From IMG/VR virus record IMGVR_UViG_3300024350_000006: 64,000 nt of DNA, one strand, 5' to 3'. Shown here piece by piece: positions 44,687 through 55,136 of the stretch. Every line of letters begins with the position of its first letter. Positions within the stretch are counted from its first letter, which is position 1. Origin of the DNA: a virus. The notes beneath the pieces were generated by a model that saw only the letters and a list, made by a program, of their open reading frames with translations, had not been told where the DNA came from and did no database searches. The position numbers and the translations under genes were made by a program.

Positions 44687-45377
44687 TTTTAAATGTAAGT
44701 ATTGTGATAAAGTATTTCGCCGCGAAAGCTCTTTAGCGGCACATCTGTGTGAGAAAAAACGTCGCTGGCAGCAACAAAATGAACAGGGAGTACAAATTGG
44801 ATATAATGCCTACTTACAATTTTATGAAACGACTCAGGGATCAGCTCGTCTTAAAACCTATCAGGACTTTGTGGACAGTCCTTTCTATCTGGCTTTTGTA
44901 CGTTACGGCAGATATCTGGTTGGCGTTCGTGCTGTTAATGCTAATAGCTTTACAACTTGGTTATTAAAAAATAATAAAAAACTAGATCATTGGTGTAAAG
45001 ATAGTTTTTATGAAGAATGGTTGCGGGAATATTTAAGAAAAGAAAACCCCAGAGATGCTCTGGAGCGAGCTATCAAGGAGATGCAGGATTATGCAGAAAA
45101 ACTTAGACTGGATGGAACGGACTCTCTTGGCGATTATAGTAATTATTTCCGTCACGCTAACACTAATCGTGTCTGCTACCATATTACTACCGGTCGTATT
45201 AGCCCTTGGGTTCTTTACAATTGTGATAGTGGTCTGGGCTTTCTTGACACTCTTAGCCCAGAGCAAGTACTTTTGGTTATGCCTTATATTGACCCTGATT
45301 ACTGGAATCGTCGTTTCAAGGAATACCTGGCTGACACTGAGTGGGCTAGGTTAATATTGACTCAAGCTGGCCTATGA
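44643..45377 (+). CDS. C2H2 zinc-finger phage protein
   Basis: CKYCDKVF...HLC. Confidence 0.7.
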   Translation: MQATQNRTLNANLADFKCKYCDKVFRRESSLAAHLCEKKRRWQQQNEQGVQIGYNAYLQFYETTQGSARLKTYQDFVDSPFYLAFVRYGRYLVGVRAVNANSFTTWLLKNNKKLDHWCKDSFYEEWLREYLRKENPRDALERAIKEMQDYAEKLRLDGTDSLGDYSNYFRHANTNRVCYHITTGRISPWVLYNCDSGLGFLDTLSPEQVLLVMPYIDPDYWNRRFKEYLADTEWARLILTQAGL

Positions 45378-45607
45378 TATTATTTGTACTAGATTTAACT
45401 AGGGAATCTAGTACTAGACAGGAACTAGGTTGGCGTGCCACCCTAGGTATAGAAATTAGTCGTTGGTGCCGTGATCTAGGATTAGAACGCGACGTTGACT
45501 ATGACTGGGCCTTGATGTCTGCTAAAAATGAATTGCATTTTAGGTTCTGGGGTGAAGATCCAGCCTTCGCCACTATGTTTGCACTACGCTGGGCGGAATA
45601 TCTCTAA
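45374..45607 (+). CDS. hypothetical protein
   Basis: ends in MFALRW. Confidence 0.6.
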   Translation: MILFVLDLTRESSTRQELGWRATLGIEISRWCRDLGLERDVDYDWALMSAKNELHFRFWGEDPAFATMFALRWAEYL

Positions 45608-45877
45608 ATGTTTTATACTACAGATGTTATAACAAACTTTGTGAAAAATCCTAAAAGACTTTATAAAATTGACTGGGTAAGAGACCTAGAGTTGTGTCTA
45701 CATAATCCCTACGACAGCACTGACCTAGCCTATTATTATTATCATACGGAACAGGAACTAGATGAAATTAATTCCTGGGTTGAAGAAAATAACCTAGGCC
45801 AACGAACGTTTATTAATCGATGGCGTCTACGAGACGACCTAGCACTTGCAGTGTTTATACTTAAATGGATCAAATGA
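45608..45877 (+). CDS. hypothetical protein
   Basis: ends in VFILKW. Confidence 0.6.
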   Translation: MFYTTDVITNFVKNPKRLYKIDWVRDLELCLHNPYDSTDLAYYYYHTEQELDEINSWVEENNLGQRTFINRWRLRDDLALAVFILKWIK

Positions 45878-46443
45878 AATTTACATCTGATATTGATATT
45901 GATTTTGCAGATAGGTCCAAGATACTAGAGCTTATTAAACACACACCTGCAAAACTCGAGGATGGGCAACGTCACGCCAGTGGTGTCTATGTTACTGAAA
46001 TCCCTGTTGATCCCTATACAGGGTTGGCCAGTCTTGATTACAAAACGGCAGAAGAACTAGGATATCTTAAATTAGATTTTTTGAATGTCAGTGTTTATAA
46101 TCTTGTTCGAGACCCTGAGCATCTAAAACAGTTAATGGCACAAGAACCTGCCTGGCATCGCCTCTATGAACAAGATTTTTGCGCAAAACTAATACATCTA
46201 GGTAATCATTACAAAACACTTATAGAAATGCCCGAAGCAGTAAACAGTATACCCAGACTGGCAATGTTTTTGAGTGTGATAAGGCCAGCTAAACGTCATT
46301 TAATTGGCAAGCCCTGGGCTGAAGTAGCACAGACTATCTGGAATCGCCCCGAGGACGGTGGTTATTATTTTAAGAAAAGCCACGCCGTTGCCTATGCACA
46401 TCTAGTGGCAGTTCATATGAATCTACTAGACTCTACGAACTAG
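45874..46443 (+). CDS. miniature DnaE (Pol III alpha)-like protein
   Basis: DIDIDF, RHASGV, KLDFL, IRP, FKKSHAVAYA motifs in 189 aa. Confidence 0.82.
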   Translation: MKFTSDIDIDFADRSKILELIKHTPAKLEDGQRHASGVYVTEIPVDPYTGLASLDYKTAEELGYLKLDFLNVSVYNLVRDPEHLKQLMAQEPAWHRLYEQDFCAKLIHLGNHYKTLIEMPEAVNSIPRLAMFLSVIRPAKRHLIGKPWAEVAQTIWNRPEDGGYYFKKSHAVAYAHLVAVHMNLLDSTN

Positions 46444-46818
46444 TATTATACTTCTACGTTTACTTTTCCTAAGGATTGTTTCTTTTAGGCTAATAGCGGG
46501 GCCGTATTTGAGAGCTACGTCCTTGCTGTTGAATGTTTTTAATGTGTATCTAAACTGGTACCAGTCAGATTTTAAAAATATGTTTATGGGCACAAGTCTA
46601 TTACTTTCCCACCACCAGGTCTCTCCCATCTCTAGAAAAGCCATTTTTTCCTGATCAGTTTTTAAAGCGCCAAAATCGTAGATGCTAGTAATAACATCGT
46701 CCAGATTCTGGACTATGCCAATGTACTCGTTGCCCCCGTAAGTTAAAAAGCTTAAAAAAGGATGATCTTTTAATATATTTTGGTGATCTGGTAGTGTCAT
46801 CGTATTAAAAATGCTCAT
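46426..46818 (-). CDS. hypothetical phage protein
   Basis: WWWESNRLVPINIFL; CTAAATA upstream on the - strand. Confidence 0.7.
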   Translation of the reverse strand: MSIFNTMTLPDHQNILKDHPFLSFLTYGGNEYIGIVQNLDDVITSIYDFGALKTDQEKMAFLEMGETWWWESNRLVPINIFLKSDWYQFRYTLKTFNSKDVALKYGPAISLKETILRKSKRRSIILVRRV

Positions 46819-46882
46819 TTATTTAGTGTTCTGGTAGTGTGCTGACGCCAAATGTCCAAATAACTAAATATATAAATACAAG

Positions 46883-47323
46883 ATGCAACAAATAACCAGT
46901 TACATCTATAATAATAGAATCACGGTGGTCTACGACACCGATCTTTCTACAACTGTAAGGAACAGACAAGTGTACACTAGAACAGTGGATATATACCCCG
47001 AGGTGGATAATCCCATACAGATACGTTTTTTGAATCAGGATCAGAAACCCACAGTTTTATCCAACGTCACTGTTCGTCTAGATGTAATTGATGATTATGT
47101 GGGCGCAAACAGTAATGTAGTTCTAAGTCGCACTGCCACTGCTATAAACGCAGCAGCGGGGTTATGGACATTAACTATAACTAGTGCCAATGTAGCAGGG
47201 CTAGACAGAAGTACCTACAATTATATGATTAAAATTGATAACGGTTCAGCTAATACCGCAGCCTACACTGATGATAATTTTGGCGCCTACGGACAGATAA
47301 GAGTCCATAACAATACAAAATAA
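46883..47323 (+). CDS. putative virion/baseplate protein
   Basis: Late motif CTAAATA upstream; beta-rich sequence. Confidence 0.55.
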   Translation: MQQITSYIYNNRITVVYDTDLSTTVRNRQVYTRTVDIYPEVDNPIQIRFLNQDQKPTVLSNVTVRLDVIDDYVGANSNVVLSRTATAINAAAGLWTLTITSANVAGLDRSTYNYMIKIDNGSANTAAYTDDNFGAYGQIRVHNNTK

Positions 47324-47325
47324 TT

Positions 47326-47550
47326 ATGGCTGCTAACGGGATCAGTACTTTATCTAGCAAGGAAGATAGACAAGTTGCAAAACTTGACCTAGCTCAGATC
47401 GACCGCCAGGCTGGAGGGAATGTACTTGCTCCTGCTTATAGAGCTAGAAACAATTATGATATAACACAGTTACCCACTCAGTACAGTGGTAATACGGTTG
47501 TAAATAACCCCAACACTGGAGGTTTAATTAATGGAAGACCCTGGGTATGA
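47326..47550 (+). CDS. small late protein
   Basis: MAANGISTL...LPTQY...GRPW. Confidence 0.6.
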   Translation: MAANGISTLSSKEDRQVAKLDLAQIDRQAGGNVLAPAYRARNNYDITQLPTQYSGNTVVNNPNTGGLINGRPWV

Positions 47551-49172
47551 GTGATAGTAATAAATTAGCAAACGTTGATTATAGATTAAAAAATCTTACT
47601 AATGCTCTTTATCTAACTAATGACGATGACGTTGCGCTTCGCACTGGTATAGAGGGCAACATAGTGATTAGCGGTAATGTAAATGTTCCGGGAAATGTTA
47701 ACGTAGACTCCGCACATATAACAGAAGTGGGAACTAGTGGTATACTTACTACACCATATCTTCCTGTAGGCGGTAACGTAGCTATAACCAATAATGTAAC
47801 AGTGGTAGATGGTGGCGGGAGTATCACTGTGGATGGTAATGTAACTGCCACAGTCTCAGGCAATGTTAATATTGGAACTTTACCTGAAGTAGAAATTAAA
47901 AACGATACAGGCAACCCTATAGCTATTAGTAAAAACACTACCACTAATAGTGAATCTAACCCCATCTGGGTTAAAGGTACTAGTGACACAAGTTTCTTTA
48001 GTCCTGTACAGAGTGATGCCTTTGGTAGACTGCGTATTAGCAATCCTTTTACATTGTTTGATGGGGCAATGCGCTACAATGATAATGAGTTTAAATGGAA
48101 TCAGAAAGATACTGCGGGAGGTACGAGTTCTTTCCTAGCTAACGAAAGTAGTGTACTTATGTCAGTGTCCTCCAATGGCGATGAAAGTATAAGACAAAGT
48201 AAACAAGTATTTGCCTACCAACCTGGTAAAAGCTTACTAACCCTTGTAACTTTTGCAGCTACCACACCCACAGTGGGATTAAGACAGCGTGTGGGATATT
48301 TTGGAGCACAAAATGGCGTCTATCTAGAACTTGATGGCACCACGGTCAATATGGTTATAAGAAAGTTTACCTCAGGTACCGTAGACGATACATCAGAAAA
48401 GATAGCTAGATCCAGCTGGAATGGAGACAAACTAGATGGCACTGGGCCCAGCGGAATAACTTTAAACTTCAGTAAATCCCAAATATGGTGGTGTGATGTA
48501 GAATGGCTAGGTGTGGGGTCAGTAAGAACAGGATTTGTTGTAAATGGTCAGTTTATAATCTGTCACACTTTCCATCACGCTAATGTACTAGATAAAGTTT
48601 ATATGACCACTGCCTGTTTACCCGTGCGATATGAAATAACAAGTACAGGTGCAGCAGGTAATCTAAGAGCTATTTGTAGTACAGTTATATCAGAAGGTGG
48701 ATATAGTAATAGAAGCCTTCCAAGAGCAAAAAGTACAGCACTTACCGGACGTAATTTATCAGATACAGAGTTTAGGCCTTTGATTTGTATTAGGTTAAAA
48801 AGTGGTAATATAGATTCAATTGTGACCCCTAGTAAATTTGATCTTTATGGGTTACAGCAGGCAGCCTTTATATATAGAGTTATTTTAAATCCCACACTCA
48901 CAGGGGCATCCTGGGTAAGTGCTGATACCAATAGTCGTGTTGAATATGACATTAGTAGCAATGCTCTTTCAGGTGGCACTGTAATTAACGAGGGCATTTT
49001 TGTAGGATCAAATAAAGGTGGTGCAGCCTCTGTAAGTTCTAACGAAATAGATTTTTCACAACAACTAGGTAGAACTATTGATGGGGTCAGTGATATCTAT
49101 TGTATTGCTGCTATTGCAACCACAAATAACGATGACGCAGTGGCTAGTCTGAGCTGGCAGGAACATATTTAA
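47547..49172 (+). CDS. putative virion structural protein
   Basis: G/N/V/T-rich N-terminal repeats, DAFGRLRIS, YQPGKS, WLGVG. Confidence 0.65.
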   Translation: MSDSNKLANVDYRLKNLTNALYLTNDDDVALRTGIEGNIVISGNVNVPGNVNVDSAHITEVGTSGILTTPYLPVGGNVAITNNVTVVDGGGSITVDGNVTATVSGNVNIGTLPEVEIKNDTGNPIAISKNTTTNSESNPIWVKGTSDTSFFSPVQSDAFGRLRISNPFTLFDGAMRYNDNEFKWNQKDTAGGTSSFLANESSVLMSVSSNGDESIRQSKQVFAYQPGKSLLTLVTFAATTPTVGLRQRVGYFGAQNGVYLELDGTTVNMVIRKFTSGTVDDTSEKIARSSWNGDKLDGTGPSGITLNFSKSQIWWCDVEWLGVGSVRTGFVVNGQFIICHTFHHANVLDKVYMTTACLPVRYEITSTGAAGNLRAICSTVISEGGYSNRSLPRAKSTALTGRNLSDTEFRPLICIRLKSGNIDSIVTPSKFDLYGLQQAAFIYRVILNPTLTGASWVSADTNSRVEYDISSNALSGGTVINEGIFVGSNKGGAASVSSNEIDFSQQLGRTIDGVSDIYCIAAIATTNNDDAVASLSWQEHI

Positions 49173-49230
49173 CCATATTCCTTACTCTAAAGTCTTGCTA
49201 AATCAACCTAACTAGTGTAGAATATACACT

Positions 49231-50298
49231 ATGTATTCTGCCATTCAGGACTATGTCCTACAACATCTTCCTTTTAGAAAAAAAACCAGCCAGAGTGGCT
49301 GGATAAGCTTTGATGCTCCTTGCTGTGTGTATCGTGGAGAAAGTGCAGATACACGCAGTCGCGGTGGTATAAAAACCACTCCGGAAGGTGGCGTCAGTTA
49401 TCATTGTTTTAACTGTTCTTACACAGCCAGCTACCAGCCTGGCAGATCTCTTAGTTATAAATTTAGAAGATTACTTAAATGGTTGGGCACAGATGATCTA
49501 GAAATACAACGTCTTGCAATAGAAGCAACTAGATATCGTAGCTTAATTGATCCCAGCGCACTCGCAGTGCAAGAAGAAAATACTGCCATAACTTTTGAGT
49601 CAAGAGAACTTCCCGAGCAGTCCAGGGACATTGTAGAACTAGCCACACATTATACTCTCGCAGACTATAAACATATACCCGAAGAGTACCACAGTGTGGT
49701 AAAGTATATAATGGATGACCGCAAGATAGATACAAGTAAATATAACTTCCGGTGGACTCCTGAAGTAGCTTATAATCTACATAAACGTGTGATTATTCCT
49801 TTTTACTATCAGGGAAATATAGTGGGCTACACAGCTCGCGCTGTAATAGATGATGTAAAGCCCAAGTATAGAAGTAGCCATCCAGCAGATTTTGTTTTTA
49901 ACCTGGATAGACAGACAGCGGATAAAAAATTTGTCATAGTCTGTGAAGGACCTTTTGATGCTATGAGTATAGATGGTGTGGCAATATTGACCAATGAAGT
50001 AAGTAAACAGCAGGCTGAACTTATAGAAAATCTAGAAAGAGAAATCATCGTAGTTCCTGATTTTGATGTCAAGCCTCATCCCAAGTCCGGCAAAAAAATC
50101 TGGGCTGGACAACGATTAGTGGACCAAGCCCTTGAACTAGGTTGGTCAGTAAGTTTCCCAGTCTGGCGGGAAACCTGCAAGGATATAAATGAAGCGGTTG
50201 TAAAATATGGTCAGCTATTTGTACTCAAGTCCATACTGGATGCTTGTGAAACAAGTAGAATTAAAATAGAATTACTAAAACGTGGAGTAGTGCATTAA
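49231..50298 (+). CDS. DNA primase (gp61-like)
   Basis: Zn-binding PCC...HCFNC, TOPRIM VCEGPFD, PDFD, KDINE. Confidence 0.88.
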   Translation: MYSAIQDYVLQHLPFRKKTSQSGWISFDAPCCVYRGESADTRSRGGIKTTPEGGVSYHCFNCSYTASYQPGRSLSYKFRRLLKWLGTDDLEIQRLAIEATRYRSLIDPSALAVQEENTAITFESRELPEQSRDIVELATHYTLADYKHIPEEYHSVVKYIMDDRKIDTSKYNFRWTPEVAYNLHKRVIIPFYYQGNIVGYTARAVIDDVKPKYRSSHPADFVFNLDRQTADKKFVIVCEGPFDAMSIDGVAILTNEVSKQQAELIENLEREIIVVPDFDVKPHPKSGKKIWAGQRLVDQALELGWSVSFPVWRETCKDINEAVVKYGQLFVLKSILDACETSRIKIELLKRGVVH

Positions 50299-51713
50299 TG
50301 GCAAAAGATTATAATACAGAAACACAGAAGTTATTTTTAGAAATAATGATCACTGATCCTGAAATGTATGTCAGGATTCAGAATATCTACAATAATGAAA
50401 ACTTTGATCGAGCTCTTAAGGATGCGGCTAAATTTATCAGCCAGCATAGTAACGATTATAAAAGTTTACCTAGTAGAGAACAAGTACAGGCAGTGACCGG
50501 CGTTGAGCTAAGAGTCATTGACAATCTTGATGATGGTACTAGAGAATGGTTCCTAAAGGAGTTTGAAGGCTTTAGTCGTCGACGTGAACTGGAACGTGCT
50601 ATCTTGAAATCTGCAGATATGATAGAAAAGGGCGAGTATGATCCCGTGGAAAACATTATCAAAAATGCAGTGCAGATTGGACTTACCCGAGATATGGGCA
50701 CAGACTACTTTGCCAATCCCAGTGAACGTATTAATAGATACTTTAACAGTGGCGGACAGGTCAGCACAGGATGGCCACAACTAGATAAAGTACTCTATGG
50801 TGGATTTAGTCGAGGAGAGCTTAACATATTTGCCGGTGGGTCAGGATCAGGTAAATCACTGGTTATGATGAACATAGCTCTAAGCTGGCTACAGATGGGA
50901 CTGAGTGGTGTCTATATCAGTCTAGAACTTAGTGAAGAGCTTTGTGGCTTGAGAACAGATGCTATGTTAACTGGTACAAGTACCAAGGACATACGTCGAG
51001 ACGTAGAAAACACAGAACTTAAAATTAGGCTGGTGAGTAAAAAGTCTGGTAAGTATCGCATCAAGGCACTGCCCGCACAAAGCAACATCAACGATATAAG
51101 AAGTTTCCTCAAGGAATATCAGATACAGACTGGCAACGCAGTGGACTTTGTGATGATCGACTATTTAGATTTGTTGATGCCAGTAAGTGCTAAGGTCAGT
51201 CCCAATGACTTGTTTATTAAAGACAAGTATGTATCTGAAGAATTGCGCAACCTAGCCAAGGAACTTAATGTACTAATGGTCACAGCAAGTCAGCTAAACC
51301 GTAGTGCTGTGGAAGAAGTAGAATTTGACCACAGTCATATTTCGGGTGGTATCAGTAAAATTAACACAGCAGATAATGTATTTGGTATTTTTACTAGTCG
51401 TCAGATGCGCGAGCGAGGCCGTTACCAGATACAGTGTATGAAGAGTCGTAGTAGTACAGGGGTGGGTATGAAGATAGATCTTGATTATAATATTGAAACA
51501 ATGCGTATCACTGATCCCGGGGAAGACGCTGGACCAGGTACATTGAAACCACAGGTTGGCAGTATTATGGATCAGATCAAGGCCAAGACCAACGTGGAAT
51601 CTCGAGATAGTTCCAGTGCAGACGACGATAGTGGTAGCAAGGATCTTGGAGAAGCACAGAGTACCAAGCTTAAACAAATGCTGGCCAGTCTTAAAACTTC
51701 CAAAACCCTATAA
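50298..51713 (+). CDS. replicative DnaB/gp41 helicase
   Basis: GGSGSGKS, ISLEL, IDYLD, TASQLNR. Confidence 0.92.
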   Translation: MAKDYNTETQKLFLEIMITDPEMYVRIQNIYNNENFDRALKDAAKFISQHSNDYKSLPSREQVQAVTGVELRVIDNLDDGTREWFLKEFEGFSRRRELERAILKSADMIEKGEYDPVENIIKNAVQIGLTRDMGTDYFANPSERINRYFNSGGQVSTGWPQLDKVLYGGFSRGELNIFAGGSGSGKSLVMMNIALSWLQMGLSGVYISLELSEELCGLRTDAMLTGTSTKDIRRDVENTELKIRLVSKKSGKYRIKALPAQSNINDIRSFLKEYQIQTGNAVDFVMIDYLDLLMPVSAKVSPNDLFIKDKYVSEELRNLAKELNVLMVTASQLNRSAVEEVEFDHSHISGGISKINTADNVFGIFTSRQMRERGRYQIQCMKSRSSTGVGMKIDLDYNIETMRITDPGEDAGPGTLKPQVGSIMDQIKAKTNVESRDSSSADDDSGSKDLGEAQSTKLKQMLASLKTSKTL

Positions 51714-51743
51714 AACATAAATATTACTAATCCGGAGCTGATC

Positions 51744-52034
51744 TTGCAAAAACGCACACGTAGTATACTAGAGGAACTAGATAGCATTCGTCGAGAGCGA
51801 GATAGGGAAAGTCTAGTAGAAAGCCGCGCCAATCACGTAATACAGGGCGCAATTAATCTTATAGGTTTTATAAGAGAGAACTACGATGCTGAACAAGCGG
51901 ATGAGTTAGAGCGTAGACTTTTAAACAGTATTAGATCCCAGGATCTAAGTAAGTTCAGCCGTGGTGTTAAACGAATACAAAATGAAAATAAAAGAAATAA
52001 TCCTAGAGAAGACCACAGCAACACCACTGGGTAG
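51744..52034 (+). CDS. hypothetical phage protein
   Basis: TTG start after GGAG. Confidence 0.7.
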   Translation: MQKRTRSILEELDSIRRERDRESLVESRANHVIQGAINLIGFIRENYDAEQADELERRLLNSIRSQDLSKFSRGVKRIQNENKRNNPREDHSNTTG

Positions 52035-52701
52035 TTTAAAAAATCAACCCGGATTCGCTCAGGGTTTTATATCTGGTCTAGTGCCTGGCGCAGATCAGGC
52101 CTTTCAGACCTCCCGTAGGAACAGAATAGCTACAGCGTCGCCCTACACTGACGCTCCCACCACCACCTCTGCTAATGCTAGTAGTAGTACAAGCAACATA
52201 AGTCCTGAATATCAAAAAGCACAACAGCAGGCGCAGCAGTTGGCACAACGTGCAGCAGCCTATAAGCCAGCTAAACTAGGTCAGGTAAATCCTCGCCAGG
52301 ATCAAGATAATACCTATGATGTTAGTTTTGCTGATGGTACAAGAGGTATTGTACGAGTGGGTTACAAAGACGAGCAGGGACGAGATGTTCCAAGTAGAAT
52401 AAGCACAATAGATCCTAACACTAAAAAACCCTATAGTTATAGTTACGATAATACAACTAGAGAGTGGCGCTATGTGGGTGGTGGACCACTTACTGATCCT
52501 GAAGAAATTAATAATTTAAACTCTATAATTCAAACTGTTGGTCAGCAGGCACAACAGATAAACACTCAGGCAGCAGCACAACAAAAACGTGCTGCTAACC
52601 TTCAAAGAGCTAGACAAAATAGAAAACAAAAAATAGCTGGTAAACAAGGCACATCTACCACAGCAGCACCAGCAACTGCTCCAGAACAAGGAACACCATA
52701 A
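51982..52701 (+). CDS. Q/A-rich putative virion protein
   Basis: MKIKEIILE N-terminus. Confidence 0.65.
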   Translation: MKIKEIILEKTTATPLGSLKNQPGFAQGFISGLVPGADQAFQTSRRNRIATASPYTDAPTTTSANASSSTSNISPEYQKAQQQAQQLAQRAAAYKPAKLGQVNPRQDQDNTYDVSFADGTRGIVRVGYKDEQGRDVPSRISTIDPNTKKPYSYSYDNTTREWRYVGGGPLTDPEEINNLNSIIQTVGQQAQQINTQAAAQQKRAANLQRARQNRKQKIAGKQGTSTTAAPATAPEQGTP

Positions 52702-52703
52702 CA

Positions 52704-54071
52704 ATGCGACTTTTTGAAATTAAAAATACACAACCTACTTGGAGACGCCTCAACGAGTCTGACGAGAAAGCAACACACTTAGAACATCTTGAAGATGAAA
52801 TTTTTAACAAGGGTTATGTGGGTGCTCTAGAAGCTTTCAACTACATAGAAGGTCTAAAACAGATGTTGACCAAGGAAGGCACAGGAGAAAATACTCGTGT
52901 TACTGTTAAGTGGGACGGTAGTCCAGCCATACACTGTGGTATAGATCCAGAAGACAATACATTTTTTATAGGTACAAAAAGTGTTTTTAGTAAGGCTGCT
53001 AAACTTTGTAAAAGCAACAAAGATATAGATAACTGGTATGGGGATGTTCCTGAACTTGCAGCTACACTCAAAGCTTGTTTGCAGTATCTTCCCAAGCTAG
53101 GTATCAAGGATGTTATTAAAGGCGATCTATTGTTTGTGCGTGGTACTAATAGAGATCTAGTAGAACAAGAAATTAATGGAAGACGTTATCTAACCTTTAC
53201 ACCTAACACTATTACCTATGCAGTGGATATGGAAAATCAGGCCGCCCTGGCAAAACAGATGCAGGCAGCTAAACTGGGTATTGTGTTCCATACAGTCTAC
53301 CAGTGGACTCCACCTACTCCAGAAGATCAACAGGAAAGACAGGAGCAAGGGAAAGAACCCCTAAGTGATACTCCCAATCTACCTGATATGAAGGCGCATT
53401 TTAGATTTAATCCAAGCAGCCTAGAACACATACGTGATGTCTGGTGGGACGATGCCTATTACGAAGATATGACAGGTATTGCCACACTAACACCGCAGGA
53501 AGCTCGCCGTGTGGAATCACAGCTTAATCGTGTTGCTGTAATTTTTAGCAAGGTTGACCCTGCAGTATTTGATAGATTCCTTGGTGCAGGAAATAATAAA
53601 ACCAGCGATTTTGTTACCTATATTAAACCTTTTATCAACACCAAGGTACAGCAGGGCGAAACACAGGTGGGAAGTGCTATAGAGTTCTTAAAGGAATTCC
53701 AGGACTATGTAGAACAAAAAATGCAAGCAGAAATAGCCAAACTTAAAGGCGGGCCTGAAAGTCAAGCAGCACAGGATAGACTGGAACGTGTGGAAGCTAT
53801 CAAAAAGTTTATAGCAGATAATAGTAACACATTATTAAGCATACTAGCACTGTATAAAAAAGCAGTGGAGTTGAAGTTGTTTTTTGTAAAGAAACTACAG
53901 ATGATAGAAAGCACTGTGGGGACATTTATCAAAACGGAAAGCGGCTATAAAGTAACCAAGCCCGAGGGATTTGTGGCTGTAGGCGGCGATGGCCAGGTAG
54001 TTAAACTTATTGATCGTCTGGAATTTAGCAGAGAGAATTTCCAGAAAAGTCGCAATAGAAATCCTGCCTAA
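52704..54071 (+). CDS. phage protein with ligase/nucleotidyltransferase-like motifs
   Basis: HLEHLED, TVKWDGSPA, GDLLF, PEGFV...KLIDR. Confidence 0.6.
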   Translation: MRLFEIKNTQPTWRRLNESDEKATHLEHLEDEIFNKGYVGALEAFNYIEGLKQMLTKEGTGENTRVTVKWDGSPAIHCGIDPEDNTFFIGTKSVFSKAAKLCKSNKDIDNWYGDVPELAATLKACLQYLPKLGIKDVIKGDLLFVRGTNRDLVEQEINGRRYLTFTPNTITYAVDMENQAALAKQMQAAKLGIVFHTVYQWTPPTPEDQQERQEQGKEPLSDTPNLPDMKAHFRFNPSSLEHIRDVWWDDAYYEDMTGIATLTPQEARRVESQLNRVAVIFSKVDPAVFDRFLGAGNNKTSDFVTYIKPFINTKVQQGETQVGSAIEFLKEFQDYVEQKMQAEIAKLKGGPESQAAQDRLERVEAIKKFIADNSNTLLSILALYKKAVELKLFFVKKLQMIESTVGTFIKTESGYKVTKPEGFVAVGGDGQVVKLIDRLEFSRENFQKSRNRNPA

Positions 54072-54144
54072 TTCCAAGATAATTAATACATTTGGTATAA
54101 ATAATGATATGCGCAGTGCGCAGAATTTTTAAAGGAACAAGAAA

Positions 54145-54528
54145 ATGCCAGTATTTACAAGAACCAATGGTGGTGCTAGTCCAGTAACTAACACAGCTAA
54201 TGCAGCCATTAGCAATCAAGACTCACAAGCAGTTATTATCTCTACCGGTATCGGTAAGCCAGTTCAGGCTTTTGGTGTTAATGCTAATGCAAGTATTGCT
54301 ACAGCATTTGGCGCAGGCGAAGCAATTGAAGTTGCACTAAGAGCTATCTCTAGTCGCGCTACTATCCTAGCCTATCAGGTAGACAGCCCTCTACTAAGTG
54401 TATTAGTAGAAGAAAGTGATTGGACAACCAGCACTCTACAGTCCAACATTAATGCAGCACTAACAGGTGCAAGTATTAATATTTCTACTACTGTAACCAA
54501 CGTAGGTATGAAACTACAACTTTCCTAA
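54145..54528 (+). CDS. putative virion protein
   Basis: TATAAATA promoter upstream and own terminator. Confidence 0.65.
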   Translation: MPVFTRTNGGASPVTNTANAAISNQDSQAVIISTGIGKPVQAFGVNANASIATAFGAGEAIEVALRAISSRATILAYQVDSPLLSVLVEESDWTTSTLQSNINAALTGASINISTTVTNVGMKLQLS

Positions 54529-54553
54529 TATCTAGGTAAGTATAAAAGAAGTC

Positions 54554-54584
54554 AAATAAGGCAACCTAGGTTGCCTTATTTTTT
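54554..54584 (+). terminator. intrinsic terminator
   Basis: AAATAAGGCAACC-TA-GGTTGCCTTATTT plus T tract. Confidence 0.8.
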
Positions 54585-54633
54585 ACTAAAATTTTGCAGT
54601 TACTAAATACAGGGTCAGTAAAATATTAATAAA

Positions 54634-54894
54634 ATGAGCTCTACAGACATAGAAAAAGAAAACCTAGAAGCGCACGTTGAACTCTGCGCTGAACGTTATA
54701 AGCAACTGGAAAGCAGAATTGCGGGAATAGACAAACGTTTGGAAAACGTAGAAGAACATCTGGTGGCTATACGTGATACTATTTCACACAAATCCAGTAA
54801 TACTGATAAACAGTTCATAACGATTGGCACAAGTGTACTGGGCATCTTACTAACAGCAGTAATAGGACTTTTAGTACATCTAGCCACCAAATGA
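54634..54894 (+). CDS. coiled-coil protein with C-terminal TM helix
   Basis: LEAHVELCAERY, hydrophobic C-terminus. Confidence 0.7.
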   Translation: MSSTDIEKENLEAHVELCAERYKQLESRIAGIDKRLENVEEHLVAIRDTISHKSSNTDKQFITIGTSVLGILLTAVIGLLVHLATK

Positions 54895-55136
54895 AAATAA
54901 CTGAAATCCTTAAAGCCAATACAAAATTGCACGTAGCTCTCAACAACGAAGAAGCAGAGCTACTCAAGGAACTTAGAACCAAGGAATCAATTTTAAAGTC
55001 AGATCTGTCGGAGAGACAACAGTTGATAGCCAATCAACTTGTAAATAAAGATCTACTATTGAGAATCAATGACAACAACCAAATCATTTACAAACAACCA
55101 ACTAGGGCAGATCATAATAGATCTAGCACTAGATAA
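54891..55136 (+). CDS. hypothetical protein
   Basis: MKITEIL N-terminus. Confidence 0.65.
   Translation: MKITEILKANTKLHVALNNEEAELLKELRTKESILKSDLSERQQLIANQLVNKDLLLRINDNNQIIYKQPTRADHNRSSTR

Noticed and set aside
47650-47900. GNV-rich repeats as a DNA repeat element
   Set aside because: These are low-complexity protein repeats within a structural gene, not a nucleotide-level array.
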